This document shows, piece by piece, positions 60,023-64,000 of a stretch of DNA of 64,000 nt. The position numbers and the translations under genes are program-made. This stretch comes from Bacteroidaceae bacterium. GTDB taxonomy: Bacteria; Bacteroidota; Bacteroidia; Bacteroidales; Bacteroidaceae. The notes below the pieces were generated by a model. The model did not search any database and had not been told where the DNA came from. It saw only the letters and a program-made list of their open reading frames with translations. The stretch spans positions 120,265-184,264 of the forward strand of contig JAFRTL010000009.1 in the NCBI GenBank assembly GCA_017427065.1. The letters run 5' to 3'. Positions within the stretch are counted from its first letter, which is position 1, and every line of letters begins with the position of its first letter.

Positions 60023-60152
60023 AGCATTAAAACTCTTTATTGTTCTTGGATTTTGCGCTAAGATAAGGATTTTTTGACATATCACCATATCTTTATGAAA
60101 TATTCTATGTATATTTGCACAACTTGTTAATTGTAAATGCTAATAATAACTC

Positions 60153-62549
60153 ATGCGTAAATTTATACTTTTAGCTCTGATGCTATCCATGCAGTGCGCA
60201 CTGATGGCAGCATCTGTGATCAAGGGCAAGGTGGTGGATGCCCAGACAGGCGAAGCCATAGACTATGCCGATGTGATAGTGACCGACCTAAATGACAAAG
60301 TGGTGGCAACCAGCATGGTGAACAATGGTACTTTCACCGTGCAGAACGTGCCTGCTGGCGATGTGCTGGTGTTGGTGCGCCTAATGGGATACGACCCCTA
60401 TGTGAGTGATAAACTGACGTTGATCGATGGGCAGACCACCGATCTTGGCACCATCCGCCTGCAAGTATTGGCTACCGGACTGAGCGAAGTAACGGTGGTG
60501 GGCGAGAAGAATCAGATAGTCTATAAACTGGATCGTCAGCGCATCAGCGGTTCTGCTTCAGTTACTGCACAAGGTGGCACAGCTGTGGATATTCTGGCCA
60601 ATACCCCTTCTGTTCAGGTGGATGCTGATGGAGGTATGACCTTCCGCGGAAGCAGCAACTTCTTGGTGTATGTAGATGGCAAACTGAGTCCGCTTACAGG
60701 CACGCAAGCCCTGCAACAGATACCAGCTGCAACGATTGAAGATATCGAATTAATCACCACACCATCAGCACGTTATCGTGCAGAAGGTGATGTAGGTATC
60801 ATCAATATCACCACCAAGCGAAGCAATACAAACGGATGGAGCGGCATGGTGAATGCCTCTGGTAGCACCTTGGGCACCTGGACTCTGGACACCCAGCTGA
60901 GCTACCGCACGGGCAAGCATACTTTCTATATCGGTGAGACTGCTACTACCATCAAGGGTAAGAGTGATTTCCAGCAGAAGAAAAAGACCATCGTAGATGA
61001 TTACACCACGACTTCCGAATCGGATGGCGAGCGCTTCTCCAGCAATCGCTCCTACATTGGCAAGGCAGGATGGAACTTCAACGATGGCAAGCATCACGAC
61101 CTCTCGCTCGACTTCCAGAGCGGACAGACGCGCATGACACGCGGCGGCGACATGGAGTATCACGAACTCCGCCTCTTCAATGACGAGGTGCTGAACGATG
61201 CCTCCTACACCAGCCATGACGTCTATCAGCTGAAGAAGAACCTCTTCCAGACGACGCTGACATACAACTGGAAAATCAATGATCGTAATAGCATTCATAC
61301 CTTGAACCGTTTCCGCTACGACTGGTACTCCCGCGAATATACCGAGAGTAATATGTTCGACCGCAGCGGAGCACGCTACGAAGGTACCCGAGGCTACGAG
61401 GAAGAGCACCACTGGGATTGCGACGGCTCTCTGACTTGGGTCAACAACTACAGCCCTACGGGCAAGTTTGAGTCGGGCTACCAATACATCACCTACAGCG
61501 AGCATGGAGAGTACAACATCAAGTACTGGGACCGCGAGGCGCAGCAGTTCATCTGGGCCGATGACCAGCATGCCCCATTCTACTACCGCCGACAGACGCA
61601 TGCCCTCTATGCCATGCTGAACGATAAGTTCGGTAACTTCGAGTTCGATGCCGGACTCCGTGCCGAGCGCATCATCGACTATGTGGACATCACCATCCCA
61701 GGCGGCAGCTTGGACAAGAAGAGACTGGACTGGTTCCCTTCTGCACACCTTTCTTATAATACAGGAGAAGGCGGCATCTACACGCTGGGATATTCACGCC
61801 GTACCAATCGCCCAGGTATCTGGCAGACAGAGCCATATATTACCTATGAAGACTACTACACCCGCAAGATAGGTAGCACCGACATTAAGCCTGAGTTTAT
61901 CCACAGCGTGGAGATCAGCTACCGCAATTCCTTCGAGGATGGGCACAGTGTGGCTGCCACCGCTTTCTATCGCTACCGCACGGATGTAGTGGACTGGGTA
62001 CGTGAGGCTTACGAGCCTGGTGTGACCCTCGACCGTAATGTGAATGCTGGTAATCAGGACGAGCGCGGATTCGAGTTCAGCGGTGTGCTGAAGGCATCCG
62101 ACTGGTACACCACTACCCTCAACGGAAGCGTTTATCAGTACGACTTCGATGCCAAGTATCCTGGCACCACCGATGCCGAGGGCTTTACCTTCCAACTGGG
62201 ATGGATCAATGCCATTTCCTTCGGCGCCAATAGTAAGTTGCAGCTCGACGGCCACTGGATAGGTCCTAAGAGTCTGACGCAAGGTAAGGAGCACGGCTAT
62301 GTGTACTTCAACCTGGCATACCGCCAGACATTCGCCAAGGGCAAGCTCTCTCTTACGGCTGTGGCCAACGATATCTTCCACACCGCGAAATACTATAACC
62401 GCCGTATGAATGAGACCCTGCGCTCAGAGACTTGGGTGCGTCCGAAGTATCCTAACATCCTCGTTTCCTTGAGCTACAGCTTCAATGCGGGCGGCAAGCA
62501 CAACAACAATACCAGCAGTGGTGCGTTGTTTGAGGGTAGCAACTTCTAA
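60153..62549 (+). CDS. TonB-dependent receptor / outer membrane beta-barrel family protein
   Basis: Signal peptide, carboxypeptidase-regulatory-like N-domain, plug (IEDIELITTPSARYRAEG..GIINI) and barrel strands (FPSAHLSY, YSRRTNRP). Confidence 0.9.
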   Translation: MRKFILLALMLSMQCALMAASVIKGKVVDAQTGEAIDYADVIVTDLNDKVVATSMVNNGTFTVQNVPAGDVLVLVRLMGYDPYVSDKLTLIDGQTTDLGTIRLQVLATGLSEVTVVGEKNQIVYKLDRQRISGSASVTAQGGTAVDILANTPSVQVDADGGMTFRGSSNFLVYVDGKLSPLTGTQALQQIPAATIEDIELITTPSARYRAEGDVGIINITTKRSNTNGWSGMVNASGSTLGTWTLDTQLSYRTGKHTFYIGETATTIKGKSDFQQKKKTIVDDYTTTSESDGERFSSNRSYIGKAGWNFNDGKHHDLSLDFQSGQTRMTRGGDMEYHELRLFNDEVLNDASYTSHDVYQLKKNLFQTTLTYNWKINDRNSIHTLNRFRYDWYSREYTESNMFDRSGARYEGTRGYEEEHHWDCDGSLTWVNNYSPTGKFESGYQYITYSEHGEYNIKYWDREAQQFIWADDQHAPFYYRRQTHALYAMLNDKFGNFEFDAGLRAERIIDYVDITIPGGSLDKKRLDWFPSAHLSYNTGEGGIYTLGYSRRTNRPGIWQTEPYITYEDYYTRKIGSTDIKPEFIHSVEISYRNSFEDGHSVAATAFYRYRTDVVDWVREAYEPGVTLDRNVNAGNQDERGFEFSGVLKASDWYTTTLNGSVYQYDFDAKYPGTTDAEGFTFQLGWINAISFGANSKLQLDGHWIGPKSLTQGKEHGYVYFNLAYRQTFAKGKLSLTAVANDIFHTAKYYNRRMNETLRSETWVRPKYPNILVSLSYSFNAGGKHNNNTSSGALFEGSNF

Positions 62550-62619
62550 TAAATTGAGATATAAAATTGATAATTATCGCGTGTAGCCGATAATCAACGG
62601 AGTTAAATGAGATTACTTG

Positions 62620-64000
62620 ATGATTGAAGATTTAAAAGTATTATATCGCGATTATACCGGCCACGAGCCCGAGCAGGTGGACGAGATGCCTGCCTCTGGC
62701 TCCGACCGCAGGTATTTCCGCCTGCATGGAGACCCTACGCTGATAGGTGTCTGCGGAGAGTCTGAGGCTGAGAATAAGGCATTTCTTTACATGGCGCGCC
62801 ACTTCAGGAGCAAGGGGCTGCCCGTACCTCAAGTGGTGGCGCAGAGCGAAGACGGCATGTGCTATCTGCAGGAGGACCTGGGCGACACCCTACTCTTCAA
62901 GGCCATTGAGAAGGGCCGACTGACGCATGTATTCAGCGAGGAGGAGAAGACCTTGCTGAAGAAGACCATCCGCCTGCTGCCCGATGTGCAGTTCCTCGGT
63001 GCCGATGGCATGGACTTCAGCGTGTGCTACCCGCAGGCTGAGTTCAATCGGCGCAGCATCCTTTGGGACTTGAATTACTTCAAATACTGCTTCCTGAAAG
63101 CCTCTGGCATGGTGTTCCAGGAAGACCGACTGGAAGACGATTTCGAGAAAATGGCAGATGTGCTTCTGCGCAGTTCGTCGGCCACGTTCATGTACCGCGA
63201 TTTCCAGAGCCGCAATGTGATGGTCAAGGACGGAGAGCCCTGGTTGATCGACTTCCAAGGCGGTCGCAAGGGGCCGTTCTACTACGATGTGGCCTCCTTC
63301 CTCTGGCAGGCTAAGGCCAACTATCCAGAGAGCCTGCGCCAGGAGCTGTTGGAAGAATACCTGAAGGGCCTGCGTAAATACCAGCCGATAGACGAGAAAT
63401 ACTTCTTCGCCCAGTTGCGCCACTTCGTGCTGTTCCGCACCATGCAGGTGCTCGGCGCCTATGGTTTCCGTGGCTATTTCGAGAAGAAGCCTCACTTCAT
63501 CCAGAGTGTCCCGTTTGCCATTGAGAATCTGCGCCAGTTGCTCAAGCAGCCTTTCACGGAGTATCCTTACCTCTGTCAGGTGCTCAACGAGCTTACCCAA
63601 CTGAAGCAGTTTACTGAGACAGAGAAGCATCTTACCGTCAGGGTGATGAGCTTTGCCTACAAGAAGGGCATCCCCGATGATCCGACGGGCAATGGCGGTG
63701 GCTTTGTGTTTGATTGTCGTGCCATCAATAATCCGGGCAAATACGACCGCTACAAGCCATTTATCGGACTGGATGAGCCTGTCATTAAGTTCCTGGAAGG
63801 CGATGGTGAGATCCTCACCTTCCTGGAGCATGTCTATGCATTGGTGGATGCCACCGTGAAGCGTTATATAGAGCGTAAGTTCACCAACCTTTCCATCTGC
63901 TTCGGATGCACTGGCGGCCAGCATCGCTCCGTCTATGCAGCCCAGCATTTGGCAGAGCATCTCAACAAGAAGTTTGGTGTAGAAGTGAATCTCATTCATC
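62620..64000 (+). CDS. Aminoglycoside-phosphotransferase-like kinase fused to a RapZ C-terminal domain (partial)
   Basis: Absent from the track because it runs off the end. Reads MIEDLKVLY..ASGSDRRYFR, YRDFQSRNVM, IDFQGGR, then SFAYKKGIP, FVFDCR and GCTGGQHRSV. Confidence 0.88.
   Translation, partial: MIEDLKVLYRDYTGHEPEQVDEMPASGSDRRYFRLHGDPTLIGVCGESEAENKAFLYMARHFRSKGLPVPQVVAQSEDGMCYLQEDLGDTLLFKAIEKGRLTHVFSEEEKTLLKKTIRLLPDVQFLGADGMDFSVCYPQAEFNRRSILWDLNYFKYCFLKASGMVFQEDRLEDDFEKMADVLLRSSSATFMYRDFQSRNVMVKDGEPWLIDFQGGRKGPFYYDVASFLWQAKANYPESLRQELLEEYLKGLRKYQPIDEKYFFAQLRHFVLFRTMQVLGAYGFRGYFEKKPHFIQSVPFAIENLRQLLKQPFTEYPYLCQVLNELTQLKQFTETEKHLTVRVMSFAYKKGIPDDPTGNGGGFVFDCRAINNPGKYDRYKPFIGLDEPVIKFLEGDGEILTFLEHVYALVDATVKRYIERKFTNLSICFGCTGGQHRSVYAAQHLAEHLNKKFGVEVNLIH

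Noticed and set aside
62890..63999. 369-aa minus-strand ORF
   Set aside because: Antisense shadow of the kinase-RapZ gene, which has clear motifs on the plus strand.

Overview
A core-chromosome window of a Bacteroidales bacterium (Prevotellaceae/Bacteroidaceae-like, judged from gene order and recurrent TAnnTTTG promoter boxes). Gene content in order: bamA (partial)-uppS-DUF6242-like lipoprotein, ribD, prmC-recX, pyrE-SRPBCC-argH, tRNA-Leu(TAA) and tRNA-Gly(GCC), an S66 LD-carboxypeptidase lipoprotein, gyrA with two paralogous TPR genes, moxR-DUF58-batABCDE, two HU genes, rimO, ftsY, rpmB-rpmG-DUF4295, cinA, tsaD, tamB and an Omp85/TamL gene, trmH-like, ileS-dksA-lspA, an accessory block (VapE-type ATPase, two COG4099-like esterases), a cobalamin riboswitch, rmuC, a Tat metallophosphoesterase, SIMPL, tricorn-like S41 protease, Fe-ADH, a TonB-dependent receptor and a partial phosphotransferase-RapZ-C fusion. 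The most interesting signals are non-coding. (1) The VapE-type gene is bracketed by ~100-bp inverted ends, each with four ACACTTCAC boxes at identical spacing and no transposase or integrase nearby. (2) The cobalamin riboswitch has no downstream sense gene and points at a terminator and the 3' end of the convergent rmuC. (3) A dispersed intergenic element combines TGTATATTTATGCA-like boxes with 22-bp-periodic palindromic cores (three copies). (4) A candidate dif site lies at 17210-17237. (5) Heptamer repeats at gene ends place stop codons in all three frames. All calls were made by eye from motifs and synteny; no database search was run.
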